NCBI GenBank assembly: GCA_025786725.1
Contig: JAHLTZ010000038.1
Span: 1 to 64,000, forward strand
Direction of reading: 5' to 3'
Length of the DNA: 64,000 bases
Source of the DNA: Syncephalis fuscata S228
Taxonomy: Eukaryota; Fungi; Zoopagomycota
Part shown: one piece after another, positions 13,170-25,359 of the stretch
How positions within the stretch are numbered: position 1 is the first letter of the stretch
Layout of the letters: every line of letters begins with the position of its first letter
Made by a program: the position numbers and the translations under genes
The notes under the pieces: model-generated
The model's database searches: none
What the model saw: the letters and a program-made list of their open reading frames with translations, nothing else
Told to the model about the DNA's origin: nothing

Positions 13170-13695
13170 AATAATAGTTAATTAATTAATACACTTTTTA
13201 ATTAGTATTGTATGTATTCATATTGTCAAAGCAGTAAAGGGGAGATTATTACAGGTTTTTTTATTAACCAAGTAATTTTTGCCAATTTTTAGTTCCATCA
13301 GTAATGTAGCTAAAAACACATAATATCATTCATTATAACTGTATAGTCTTGACGCGCCAATACATGCAAACTATGTATTTTTTTAAAAATGTGGGAAGGC
13401 GCTACAAATAAAAATAACAATATTATTATAAAAAATGGCATTTTCAAGTACTTCTTTCCAGTTAGTATCTTCCTACAATTTTTTAAAAATACATTATTTG
13501 TATGTATTGACGCGTCAAGACTATACAGTTATAATGAATGATATTATGTGTTTTTAGCTACATTACTGATGGAACTAAAAATTGGCAAAAATCACTTGGT
13601 TAATCGAAAAAATAGTAATAGTCCTTTGTGATTTTAATAATGCAAATATGCACAAATACTAAGCAAAAAGTGTATTGATTAGTTAATTAAAACTA
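13170..13695. repeat. ~525-bp foldback palindrome (MITE/foldback-like)
   Basis: 13263-13356 (attaaccaagtaatttttgccaatttttagttccatcagtaatgtagctaaaaacacataatatcattcattataactgtatagtcttgacgcg) is an almost exact reverse complement of 13508-13603; the outer arms pair more loosely. Confidence 0.92.
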
Positions 13696-15232
13696 GCCAA
13701 CATTGATTCATGTAGCAATGGCTAACCACTATTCGTTAATATACCTATATCATCATCTATTATTAGTATTATTTATGTGTTCATGTTGTTTGACTAGCAT
13801 AATTAATGGTATGAATGGTCTATTAATATTAGTAGCGTATAAATGAAATTAGAATATTGCAACCATTAATATATAATAGATATTAACGTGTATTTTGATC
13901 ACAATCGACCGCAGAGGCACTTCTATCTATTGTGCGCTCATAGTAATATTATTAACCGTTATTGTTATGTGTTTAATAACATATACAACGACAGCTGTAT
14001 ATTGTTCGATTATATTGCTTGCTAATACAACAGCCAATATATGCAACTTGATAGCGCGTATTGATATTAGTCATCAGTAATGTCAGCTGGTTGCTACCAA
14101 CAACGCTGCAAGACTACTAAACAGCAGCTGCTATACTTGTATTTGTTACTGGCAAATGCCTGTGTTGTTACTGCTGTGTATCATTAAATACATACATGTA
14201 TGTATGTCAACTGTTTAATATAAAATTTATATTATAGTGTTGATTCCAATTGTGGTATTATGCCTATTTTAATTATAGGTATCAAAAATACGGCCATTTT
14301 CATATAGATCTTTTAAAAATTAGCGTACGCTTAAATAAATGGCTTTATATTATATTATATTACTAATATATTACAATTAGTTACATTTGATACTACAGCT
14401 GTGTTATTTATAAAACAATAATATAAATACTTGATTTGATTATCTTATTTGTGTTAAGTTTAATGCATTAATATTAAATAACTTATTGGAAGTTTAGTGT
14501 GATTTAAGTTTTAAATAATTGTATTTGATGGCACTCGCGCAATATAACTACAAATTCTTTCTATTGAGCATAAAACTAGATGGTAAATTACATTAAGCAT
14601 CAAAATATTTATTATCGTATTATTATAAATAGTAATAGTACATAGTGATAACGCCTTATTTAAAATTGTTTTGTCGTTTAATGCTGGCTCTACTCATTAT
14701 AATTTTTATTTATTTCACATATTTTTTCATGCATATATATATACGCTATAGCGTTAATATCATTATTCATGCACTTTATTTTATTAGTGTTATAAAAACA
14801 ATCAAGTATAGACAGTATAAAGCATTATGAGTGAGTAAATGGGAATGTATAGATATCAGCACTAAAGTTATAGTATGCATGACAACATGATAAACTTGAG
14901 TTAAAAATCACAATTTGTAGAGCTAGCATCAAACAAACAGCAGATTTAAATAAAACAAGGTTAAAAGTATATAATAATATACAGCGTATACTTGACACGT
15001 TTTAAAAGCCATTACAATACATTTTAATGTTACAATACAAATATAATTAACCTAAAATCATCCATTCAATATAAATATAAAACAAAACAAATTCTATTAA
15101 GTTGAGCGTGCAGTTTATATTGAACATTTTTTTTGACAGAGATCATATTAAACTAGAATGATGCTAATATCTTAATTCTTTGTTTAAAATTAATACTTTA
15201 TTTTTACCAATTAAATTAAAATTAAATAGACA

Positions 15233-17323
15233 ATATTATAATAATATGACGATTGTGCTGATTACAATATAGAACAATGCATTATTATTTCTAAACTACA
15301 ATCTATTTCTATGGAAGCACGTTAATTATCTGAAATAATTATTGAAGTGTAAAACAATAAATTAATATAATCCTTTTTAAGCAGATAAATTTAGTAATTA
15401 TAAGATTTAGTTTAAAATAAAATCGTTACAGTTTATTGCATTCAAGTCATGAGGTTAAGAGCGTAAGGTGTCATTAGTCATTGAGTAAGCATTTATCCAC
15501 AGTACACAGAGCTGCCGTTGGACTTACAGGCAGTACCAGGGCCACAGGCCATCCAGACAAACGATCCATGATTGCATTGACCGAATTTGCTGCCATCACA
15601 TTTAAATTGTCCAGGAGTACATGATCCACTAGCGCTGGAAATTGAAGCAACTGGAGCAGCTGAAGTAACTGAAGCAACTGGAGTAGCTGGAGTAGCTGGA
15701 ACAACTGGAGCAACTGGTGTAGCTGGGGTAGCTGGGGTGACTGGTGCGTCTGGTGCAGAGGCTTCCTCCACATCAATTTCCTCCACATCGATGTCCTCCA
15801 CGATTTTATCTTCATTGTCGCGTCTAACACGTTTTTTGCCAGGATTAATTATAACATCAGCGCACTGTTCATATTCTTCAATTTCGGTGACGCGATGGGA
15901 GGCGTGCCACATCCAGCGAATGATTTTGCGGCCAGTAATGTCAGATGGAATGTTAATTGTCCATGGTGCCGCAGGTTTTGTCTTGGCACATCCGTCCTTT
16001 GAAGCGATCAGGCGTGGATTACTAAAATCTGGGTTAAGAATGTATACTTCGCACTTGCCAATGTGTTCAGCCGTGATTTCAAATTCAAGTTTAACTCTAC
16101 GGCCTACTGTGGTGACTGTACCAGCGGGTTCACCGCGGCAAACACCTTTAAAATTGGGGCTCTTAAGATCATCAACTAAAAACGATGCTTTTTGAATACC
16201 ACGGGGTAATGGCTTAGTCATGTAGCCGTGAGCCGATGTGCCTGAGATAGCAGAGAGCGCAATGACGGCGGCGGCGCAGAAAGTCATACCAATAGCGGAT
16301 GTAAAACGAGTCATTTTAAAAATCAAATTTGTTGTTTTAATGGGTTTAAAAGTTGCGTAGTTAAAGGACCAGCCTTGTCGTTGAAATCTAAAAGTTTGCG
16401 TAAGAGAGTGAGCGCTGTTGAGCTATTGAGTGTAGTGAAGATTTGTTTTTTATGAACTAAATGTTGCACTATTTATACTGAATTTATTAAAATGAAAACA
16501 TAAATTATTTATGGGTATTAAAGAAATGAACCGAGACCTCAAAATTGTGTGTTTCATTTTGTGAAAAACAAAGCCACACGTTACTCCATTGTTGTTGTTA
16601 CAAAGGAAATCTAGTCAACTGACTGTTTGAGTATTTTATTACATCGTCACTATATAAATTGTGCTATTTCACATATTGCTGTGTATTTTAATGTAAATAA
16701 GATTGCTTTACCAACATTCAACACATGTGGTTCAAGTGATTTGGTGTAAATGAGTAGATTGACACAAAAAGTTAATATAGGAATGCATCATTATATATGA
16801 AACAATGGTCATGCTGATTGTACTTGCAAATGCTGATGCGCCATTTTAAGGCTTTATTCACTCCCCCTTACATACAGCACAATAGACATTTAAAACGGCT
16901 TTCAACTCGTTGTCGTTGATGCCATGTTACTGGCTGTAATGCAAGCTGAAAGTTATGCAAAGCAGCAATAATAGACATGATTTTCTAAATTTATGTTTAT
17001 GCATTGTTACAACGCAATCTAATGTTATAAAAATATATTGACCATTTACAGTAATGATTGCAGTATAGAACATTCGATCATTATTGCTACATCACAGTAT
17101 ATCTATATAACGACATATGAGTTATTTATAGCTGTGGTGCCATATATATAGTCAACATGATATTACAGAATCGTTAGCTAGGTATGAATTTTATTTATAA
17201 ATACATACATAGTTGGCCACATCTAAAGTAAACAATTAACCAAATCTATAGCTACATAAGTTTGCTCTAGCAAGCCTAAAATGCTAATTTCTACTGGTTG
17301 TTTAATATTTAAGATTCTATATT
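15233..17323 (-). repeat. 2.09-kb duplicated unit carrying the solo type-B LPMO-like gene; circular permutation of 30258-32360; flanked by ATATT direct repeats
   Basis: The reverse complement of 17323-17033 matches 32071-32360, and that of 17033-15233 matches 30258-32075. ATATT occurs at 15233-15237 and 17319-17323. Confidence 0.92.
15493..16314 (-). CDS. Secreted histidine-brace (LPMO-like) protein with acidic/Pro-Ala linker and C-terminal CBM19-like chitin-binding module, type B, copy B1 (273 aa)
   Basis: Signal peptide ending ...SGTSA|HGY; mature His1; ITAEHIGKC (His56); RWMW..H...EEYEQCADV; C-terminal CTPGQFKCDGSKFGQCNHGSFVWMACGPGTACK. Single exon. Confidence 0.88.
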   Translation of the reverse strand: MTRFTSAIGMTFCAAAVIALSAISGTSAHGYMTKPLPRGIQKASFLVDDLKSPNFKGVCRGEPAGTVTTVGRRVKLEFEITAEHIGKCEVYILNPDFSNPRLIASKDGCAKTKPAAPWTINIPSDITGRKIIRWMWHASHRVTEIEEYEQCADVIINPGKKRVRRDNEDKIVEDIDVEEIDVEEASAPDAPVTPATPATPVAPVVPATPATPVASVTSAAPVASISSASGSCTPGQFKCDGSKFGQCNHGSFVWMACGPGTACKSNGSSVYCG

Positions 17324-17747
17324 GACCTAAAAATAATTATTTAATGTTTTAATTAATAAAATAATACTTTATCAAAACTAGCCAACAGCTGTTGCTAATA
17401 ATATATCAATTATTTTATATTTATATATCATTATTTTTACCTATAATAAGAGATATTTAAACAAATAAATAGCATTCTAGCGTTACTGTCTAGCACTTAA
17501 GCACACTATCATCATTGTACATGCACAGTCTTGACTATCTTTGGATAAACTTCAAAATCCGCTCAAAGTAACACGGTCGTGTAACCGAGATTGACCTGCT
17601 CGGCGATAACTTAGAAAGCTAAAAGGCGCCCATCCAACTTCCGATTCCCGCGCTATCTTTACTTGCTTTACCTTCCCATTTGCTAGTATATTTTACATAT
17701 CCATTGTTTAGTGTGTACCTTGTCATTTAAACGACTTTCTGGCCAAT

Positions 17748-19172
17748 ATGTCTGCCTTGCTAAATATCCTGGCCCCGCTGATTGTGCCGGGGCAAACCAC
17801 GCACAAGCTGCCTATGAATGAGCTACTTAATGCACCATTGGAGGAATTTCTTGAAAATACCATGCGTAGTGCTCCTGGCATCTTCGATGCGGATGGACAA
17901 GACCGCCGCCGCCTACTAGAAGCATTTGACGATTTGTCAGATAGACGCGAAAAGGCCGCCGTATTTCAAAAAATCTTTCATTATGCGGCACAAACCTGTA
18001 TGGTAGATCGTGATCGATCGGTAATTCTTTGGGTACAGACACTGGTTGAGACGCTTTTTGGCTATGCTGTCACGTCCGAGGAAGCTGAGCGCGAGATTGG
18101 CAACGATATCGATGCGGGTAGCGATGATGATGGTCAGCAGTCGCGTGGACTAAGCTTTGCCGCAGCTACAAAACAGTATACGCCTAAACGTACGGGTGGC
18201 GGTAATAACCAGGGCAATCGTCCAGCTCAGCGTCGAGGCAATAAAGACAACGATGCTTACGTGCCCAGTGATAATGATGATGATGAAGATGACTATAACC
18301 GTTCTAACCGACGCGGCAATCGCAACAACAACAACAACAATAATAATAACCAAGGACCTACTCGTACCAATGCTGGTGGTGGTAAAGGACCACATCGTGG
18401 CGATAATAGCGATTATCAAGGCGGCAATAACAATTACGATAACCGTAATGATCGCCGTAATGACTATCAAGGTGGTGGCGGTGGCGGTAATCGTCGTCGC
18501 AAGGAAGTCTATATTTCAGATGAAGCACATGCAGTTGCACGTAAAGTCTTCAGTAGACCCAGTTCATCTGAAGGATATACTTGCTCTGCTCACTTTTTCC
18601 CTTCAGACGATGGCTATGCCGTAAGTACACCAATATAGTTAACTATATAAACTAAATTATTTATTGATAATGAACATAGGCATTCTTGGCCACCTTGGAA
18701 GCAACACAAAAGACAATGGATATTTGCATATTTACTCTAACCGATGACAAGGTCGTTGATAAAATACTAGATGCCAAATCTCGTGGTGTTCAGGTAAAGA
18801 GCACATTGTTTACTAGCCTTACACGCATCAATATAGATGCTAATTAAACTATACTACTAGATTCGTCTTATTAGTGATGACACCCAGTCAAAGTGCTTGG
18901 GTGCAGATCCATACCGTCTTCGTGATGATTATGGCATTCCTGTAGTGACTGACCATAACATAGCCCATATGCACAACAAGTTTGCCATTCTGGATAGTCG
19001 TGTTCTCATCACTGGCTCATACAACTGGACCAAGGCAGCTCATTACAACAACAACGAGAATATGATTATATTGAACCACGCACCCACCATTAAAGATTAC
19101 GAACAAGAATTTGAACGCTTATGGCGTCAATTCAACGATGAAGAACGCCGTGGCATACGCGCCTCTGAGTAA
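17748..19172 (+). CDS. Phospholipase D-family nuclease (PLD6/Zucchini/Nuc-like, single HKD) with long Gly/Asn/Arg-rich disordered region; exons 17748-18620, 18680-18793, 18861-19172
   Basis: HMHNKFAILD...ITGSYNWTKAAHYNNNEN (HxK-x4-D-x6-GSxN), MDICIFTLTDD and RGVQIRLISDD; the GT-AG introns keep the frame. Confidence 0.92.
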
Positions 19173-19277
19173 TCTTTAGTAACTGAATCCACTTTAATAA
19201 ATTAAATGGTTTTTTACTAATACACCACATTTTATTTGTACTCTTTATTGATTATCAAGTAAACACTTTATACTAAC

Positions 19278-21082
19278 ATGGGACGCAATCGTAATTACAA
19301 TCCCGTAGAGGCACATCGTAAGACACACTACAATACAGTTATTTGTAGCATGTATAGTAACTAATGCCATTATTAGGCAAGGCGCAGCACAAACGGGAGA
19401 TAAAAAAGGTCAGTTTAATGCTTGTAATAGATTCTGCCTTGTATTTACAAGCTATAGCCTACAGAACAAAGAGGAGCGACGAAAGCAGCGGGAATCAAAG
19501 CTAGAGACAGCTAATCTAACTGAATTGAAGGAGCAAGTTGCGCATTATAGCGCATTAGGTAAGTAGTGCTTACACTGATCCTCGTGCTTTAACCATCGAT
19601 CTATTATTAATGGGCTAGTACAGAGTCGAATGATCGTTTGGACGCTGCATCTCGTAAAAAGTTGGAGCAATCCAAGTCCCGATTACAGAAAGCAACCAAG
19701 ATTCAACAGGTACTAACTAATTTATTGATTCTATATTATATTATATTATATTATATTATATTATATTATATTAATGGTTTATATGGTAGGAAATACGACA
19801 GAATCGCCCTCGGTAAGTCATGATTGTTTTAATAATATATATGGCTGTTAAACAATAGGATGTTGTTATTAGTCAGCCAGGTAGTACTGCTTCCTCTACA
19901 GCTGATCCTACTATACCAAAGGATCCTACACGGTCAATCTACTATCACCCAACACTGAATCCATTTGGTGTGCCACCACCAGGACAGCCTTATAGAGAGA
20001 TTGGCAAGTCACTAGTTATACAGTGTTGCATATTAATGATAGATACTACTATAGATGATATAGAACCGACACCGAGTGAACAGAGTGTAGAAAATGATTC
20101 TAATGGCGAGTCCGGCTCTGATAATTCAGGTAATTAAATAATAATAATAAGCGTATTTTTACTTAAACTATTGTACATTAGATGATAGCGGCAGTGAATC
20201 AGATGCTGATGATATGCCAGAATTGCCACCAGACTCACCGCCCTCTAATGCTGGTTCTGATCAAGAACAATTAAGCGATAATGAAGATGATTTACCGGAT
20301 CTGCCTGAAGGCACGCCACCTCCATTACCTTCAGAATTAGAAAACACTACCACCGCAACAGCAACAGCTCCGTTTAGACCGCCATTTAATCCCAACTATC
20401 CACCACCATTTGTGGGTAAGTTAACAAAACTAATATTAATATAGACACTATAGATTGTAAATAGGAGGACCTGTACCTTACCCGACATATCATCCACCAC
20501 CTATGATGAATTATGGTAGATACATTTAGTTAAAGGGAAACTACGTACAGTTAACATTTGATAATAGGAGGACATCCGCCACCACATCTAATGAATCGTT
20601 ATCCAAAACCTCCACCGCCTCGTGTACATGGTGCACGAACCGGACCGGCTTTTATGGATCCATTGAATCCAGAAGAGCCATACCAGTTGTTTCCACAACA
20701 GCAACAGCAACAGCAACCACCTGTTGCCACAGCACAAGCAACTATATCGGCTCAGCCTCAATTACGTGATTTACAAAAAGAATTAACTACTCTGGTACCA
20801 ACAGCTGTGCGTCGTAAATTGGATACAGCTACAGATAGTAATCGTTATAGTCATGATACCCGTAATCAAGACGGTACATCGATGGCGAAACGTATACGTG
20901 TTAATACAGCTCCTGGTTTGCAGACTCCAGACACCGTATCTTTATCGACAAGCGCAGCAAAGCCAGCTTCTCAACCGCCACCGCCACCAACGTCACAGGC
21001 ATCAACCAGTAATAAGGCAGCGCCTAAAAAACTACAGGATGAATATAGTAACTTTATGAAAGAGATGGAAGGATTAATGTAA
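19278..21082 (+). CDS. WBP11: WW domain-binding protein 11-like splicing factor, multi-exon
   Basis: MGRNRNYNPVEAHRKAQHKREIKKNKEERRK N-terminus, RSIYYHPTLNPFGVPPPG, Pro-rich middle, ATISAQPQLRDLQKELTTLVPTAVRRK, C-terminal DEYSNFMKEMEGLM. Confidence 0.85.
19733..19772 (+). repeat. (ATATT)n microsatellite in a WBP11 intron
   Basis: attatattatattatattatattatattatattatatta. Confidence 0.9.
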
Positions 21083-22587
21083 TCTGAAAAGATAATAAAT
21101 AGATTTGTAGTATTTATGTGTAGTCAAGTAATAATGATAAATATAGTTTAATTAATAAGTTACTGTGATGTTAATAATTGCGTAGTGTAATGCTGAATAC
21201 TATGTTTATAGACAAGCGCTTATAAAAGTACTTGTAATTTATTAATCATAAAAGTTAAAAAGTTAATCACAACAAATGCAATAAGTTTTTAATTTAAAAC
21301 TGCTTATTTACATAATTTGATTAATTGTAGCAATATTAACAGCAATGCCAATCACGTTTTATTTGTTAAAGACTTTTAACAATATGTTTGTAATAAATGC
21401 AACTCAAAAATACAATACAAAAATATATGTAAAAATTAGCACTAATAATGTTGAAATAGTAGTCAGTGTTGGAACAAACGTTGTTATTGAAAACAAAAAC
21501 CAATTACTAATGAAACAGCTATTAAAATAAAATATGTTATTAAAGAGTATTTAAGCTGCGATAAACATCATTACAAGAAAACAAAATGTGCTGTAAACAA
21601 AAATGATTTAAGTTAATAAATGAAATTTCTAATTAAAATTGAAAAACGGGATATTTTCAAAATTTTCTTTGTTCTATATAAATGCTCTTTATTCAACTAT
21701 AATAGCGCGTGTCAGCTCATTGTTAGTATGAAATCCGTTATTAAACATGATATTCATTGGCAAGTTTGCAAAGATAATAAGCCAACTAAAAAATATATAT
21801 TATTTTGAAAATACTGGCCTGTGTTTAAAGACCGCGTGTAAAAATCAGCCAAATTTAGATATCAGAAACACGAAATACAGTATATTGTTACATGTTGTTA
21901 AAACAACCATTTGAAAACTTTGCGTGAGCATGATTCTAGAAACAAAATAAATCCGGTCAAGTTTAGGATTTATTCGGCAATATACGCTATGATTTAACTG
22001 GCAGTTATTTTATGGGGTATATCCATATGATACGTGTGACAATGTTACAAAAGCAGCAATATTTACATTTACTATATTGTTATTGAAGTATTCCTTTCTA
22101 GATGTCACCGTGGTTGCACCATAGGCTGACGTATGCTGAAAGGGGATAATTGTGAGTTCACTTTCACATGGTTCAACTATTTTAGTTTGTATCAGCAACA
22201 ACAGGGGACACAGCGTAAAAAAAGAAAAGCTTTTCGAGTCATAGTTTCCAGCTAACTATTTATTATAGATAATAGAATAGAATCAAATAATATTTTGTCG
22301 AGTGAACAATTGACGTTAAATTGTATATACAGAAATGCTTATATGGAAATAAATTAATAGCTAATTATGGAATAACATATACCATTTATTATTTATAGTA
22401 ATTTCTTTGTATAAAATTAAAAATACCGGTTTTATTACTTTTTTGAAACAATAGGCAGCTGATACAATAACCTGCACTTTCCATATCTTTCAGTTGCACA
22501 CACGCATATATATAGCGCTGTTTCGTTTACTAGAAAATATAAAATATCATCAACTTTATTTTCGATACAAATTACATCAACTTTATC

Positions 22588-24654
22588 ATGCATACAAACC
22601 TTCAGCTTTTATCTTTGGTTCTTGCTGCTATAGCCGGATGTAATCTTCGTGGATCGGTAGTTACAGCTCGGCTACAGCAGCAACCCGCCCTGCTGATAAA
22701 AGCCAATCAGGAATTCATGCTACAAAATAATCTTATTACTTCAAATCAGATTAAAAACAATACTGCTACGACTCCTGCTGCAACATCCAAATCCAAAAAG
22801 CCAATACCATCTAAACCATTATTCATTCCAAGTATTGTACCGGGTCCACAATCCAAATATGAAACGCTATCTACGTCGCCTATGCTACAACAGCGTGCCG
22901 CCACCTCTAATTTTGTCAACAATCCAGAATCAACTGCACTAAGTTTTGCCATGACGCAACTCAAAATGAAGAAGAACGAATATATAATTAAAGATTCATA
23001 TATGTCATCTAGCACTGGTATTACACATGTTCGTTTCAAGCAAATTGTCCAAGGAATTGAAGTCAGTAATGCCATTATTTCTGTTCATGTGAATTCACAA
23101 GGAAAAGTCATCGCTTATGAGGACAACTTTAACAAAAGTGCCAATCCGTCTAAAAATCAGCTATGGAATGGCCAAACTTCTGTTCGGTTTACACGTCCAC
23201 GAAATGCATTTGCTACATTGGCCAAACATGTAGGAAAATTAGTTTCTGAAGAAACTATTATTGAGAGTGTTGCGGTAGATGAAAATGGAAAAACTCAATA
23301 TATATTAAAAGAAATACCGGATGTAATGGAGAATGTTGTTGCTAAAAGAAGTTACATTCAAGGTGAATCGGGCAATCTTGAGGCTTGTTGGGAGTTTTTG
23401 GTAAACTACGGCGGCAATTATTTTAATGCCCATGTTTCAGCCGATGGTCAGAACGTGCTGGCGATTTCGGATTGGATTTCATACGCATCGTATAATGTAT
23501 TCAAACTTGGCGACACTGATCCGTCCAAGGACAAGCGAGTAATGATAAATAATCCCGAAAATAAAATAGCTTCACCTGAAGGATGGCATCGATTCGATGG
23601 TCAAGCTACAACAACAACACAAGGAAATAATGCCGATGCGCAATGGGCAGGCGATGACTACGATGATTATAACAGACCAGAGGCAAAAAATCTAGTATTC
23701 GACTATCCACTGGATTTAAACAAGGGCCCAGCCGCCAACAAAGAAGCTGCCGTTACAAATATGTTTTATGCCATCAATAGTATGCACGATATTGCTTTCC
23801 GTTATGGTTTCAATGAAGAAGCTGGTAATTTTCAAAATAAAAACTTTAATAAGGCAGGTAAGGGCAAGGCCAAAGACGCTGTATATGCCGTTGCACAAGA
23901 TGCATTGGGTTCCAACGGCGCTATGTTTATGAGCAAGCCAGATGGACAGGCACCTTACATGTCTGTGTGGACATGGCAAACCACCAGTCCGGGCCGTGAC
24001 GGCGCTTTAGTAAATGATCTTGTTGTGCATGAATATACACATGGTATATCAGATCGACTTATTGGTGGTGCTTCGACACCCAACTGTCTAAGTACTCAGG
24101 AGGCGAAAGGTCTTTCGGAAGGCTGGAGCGACTTTTTTGCTGCTTGGATGCAAATGAAGGCATCAGACAATCACGACAAGATTACAGCAATTGCATCGTA
24201 TTTGGGTGCAAATGATCGTCCTTATTCGTATTCTATACACAAAGAACGCAATCCATTAACATTTGGTATGGCAAATCTAGCAGATCCTATGAAACGTTAT
24301 GTAGTAGGAACTATTTGGGGTACTATGCTATACCAAATATACTGGGTATTTGTCGACGCACTCAAATTTACAGATAAAAGGGAAACTCCAGATGCAACCA
24401 AAGGAAATACTCGTGTATTCCAGCTAATCATCGACAGCTTAGCTGTGACACCATGTAATCCAACGTTTATTCAAGCACGAGATGCAATTCTTCAATCTGA
24501 AAAAAATAATAATTCTAAAGATTCATTTTATTGTAAACTATGGGCTGTGTTCGCCTTCCGTGGCCTAGGTCACAGTGCTGGCTATGATAGCAATGGAAAA
24601 CCGATAGAAAAGTTTGATGTGCATCCAAGCTGTACCAGTAAAGCGACTGCATAA
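22588..24654 (+). CDS. Fungalysin (peptidase M36) secreted metalloprotease, preproenzyme, intronless
   Basis: Signal peptide; FTP propeptide (TGITHVRFKQIVQGIEVSNA); YGFNEEAGNFQ; zinc motif HEYTHGISDRLIGG; GLSEGWSD; PCNPTFIQARDAI. Confidence 0.97.
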   Translation: MHTNLQLLSLVLAAIAGCNLRGSVVTARLQQQPALLIKANQEFMLQNNLITSNQIKNNTATTPAATSKSKKPIPSKPLFIPSIVPGPQSKYETLSTSPMLQQRAATSNFVNNPESTALSFAMTQLKMKKNEYIIKDSYMSSSTGITHVRFKQIVQGIEVSNAIISVHVNSQGKVIAYEDNFNKSANPSKNQLWNGQTSVRFTRPRNAFATLAKHVGKLVSEETIIESVAVDENGKTQYILKEIPDVMENVVAKRSYIQGESGNLEACWEFLVNYGGNYFNAHVSADGQNVLAISDWISYASYNVFKLGDTDPSKDKRVMINNPENKIASPEGWHRFDGQATTTTQGNNADAQWAGDDYDDYNRPEAKNLVFDYPLDLNKGPAANKEAAVTNMFYAINSMHDIAFRYGFNEEAGNFQNKNFNKAGKGKAKDAVYAVAQDALGSNGAMFMSKPDGQAPYMSVWTWQTTSPGRDGALVNDLVVHEYTHGISDRLIGGASTPNCLSTQEAKGLSEGWSDFFAAWMQMKASDNHDKITAIASYLGANDRPYSYSIHKERNPLTFGMANLADPMKRYVVGTIWGTMLYQIYWVFVDALKFTDKRETPDATKGNTRVFQLIIDSLAVTPCNPTFIQARDAILQSEKNNNSKDSFYCKLWAVFAFRGLGHSAGYDSNGKPIEKFDVHPSCTSKATA

Positions 24655-25359
24655 AACTAGCTTAATAAACAATGAATAGATATGTCAATTAGTCGCAGTA
24701 GAAGTGTTGGTGTAACAATGTCAAGTAATATTCTATGTATATTATAATCTATTTAATTTTACAAATAGCCATGTAATAATGGTAATTCATATTGTAATAT
24801 ATATGCTATTTTTAAATTAATCTATTGTTTGCTACGCGTCAATTAACAGAAATGCAAACGAATAGGTAAAAATACCTAATAACAGAGTGCTAGAATGATA
24901 AAAGCACAGCCAAGCAAATATAGTTTGATGAATTGTACATGTAGCAGATGACCTGTTTATTTTCCACATAAAGGCCGGTTAAATTGTGGCCGAATCCAAA
25001 ATTCAAGGCCCAGTGAGGAGATTTGACCAAGTTTGTGCACATACACGCGACACGATTCTACTAAAAATATAAAAAGCATAGGCGAGATCGTTACCGGAAT
25101 GACACTATAATGATACTTCTTGTGTAATATTATTACCATAATTCTTGGCTAAATATTTTTAGAATTAATAAAAAATTCTTGGCAAACTACAATACGTAGT
25201 CAACTCTACATTTTAAATAATATAAATATGTAGCTGCTAATTTGCTAATTTAGAAATAATTATCAACATCATCACCACTACCAATAACAACAACAACACT
25301 CTTTGGCGCTTTCAAGCCTTTCCAGTAAACTCTATTACGTCCCGGTCTTTGACAGCATT

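Noticed and set aside
15474-16195. Overlapping alternative-frame and antisense ORFs (LLQLLQ..., MLPSHLNCPG...) at every LPMO-like copy
   Set aside because: Shadows of the repetitive Pro/Ala/Thr linker and codon bias; they recur only because the gene is duplicated.
17261-17268. TTTGCTC copper-response (Mac1 CuRE)-like site upstream of the LPMO-like gene
   Set aside because: Imperfect single match (TTTGCTCT), ~950 bp upstream and present only in segment X; expected by chance.
18150-18624. Ile/Val/Thr-rich ORFs overlapping the PLD gene
   Set aside because: Alternative frames of the Asn/Asp/Gly low-complexity region.
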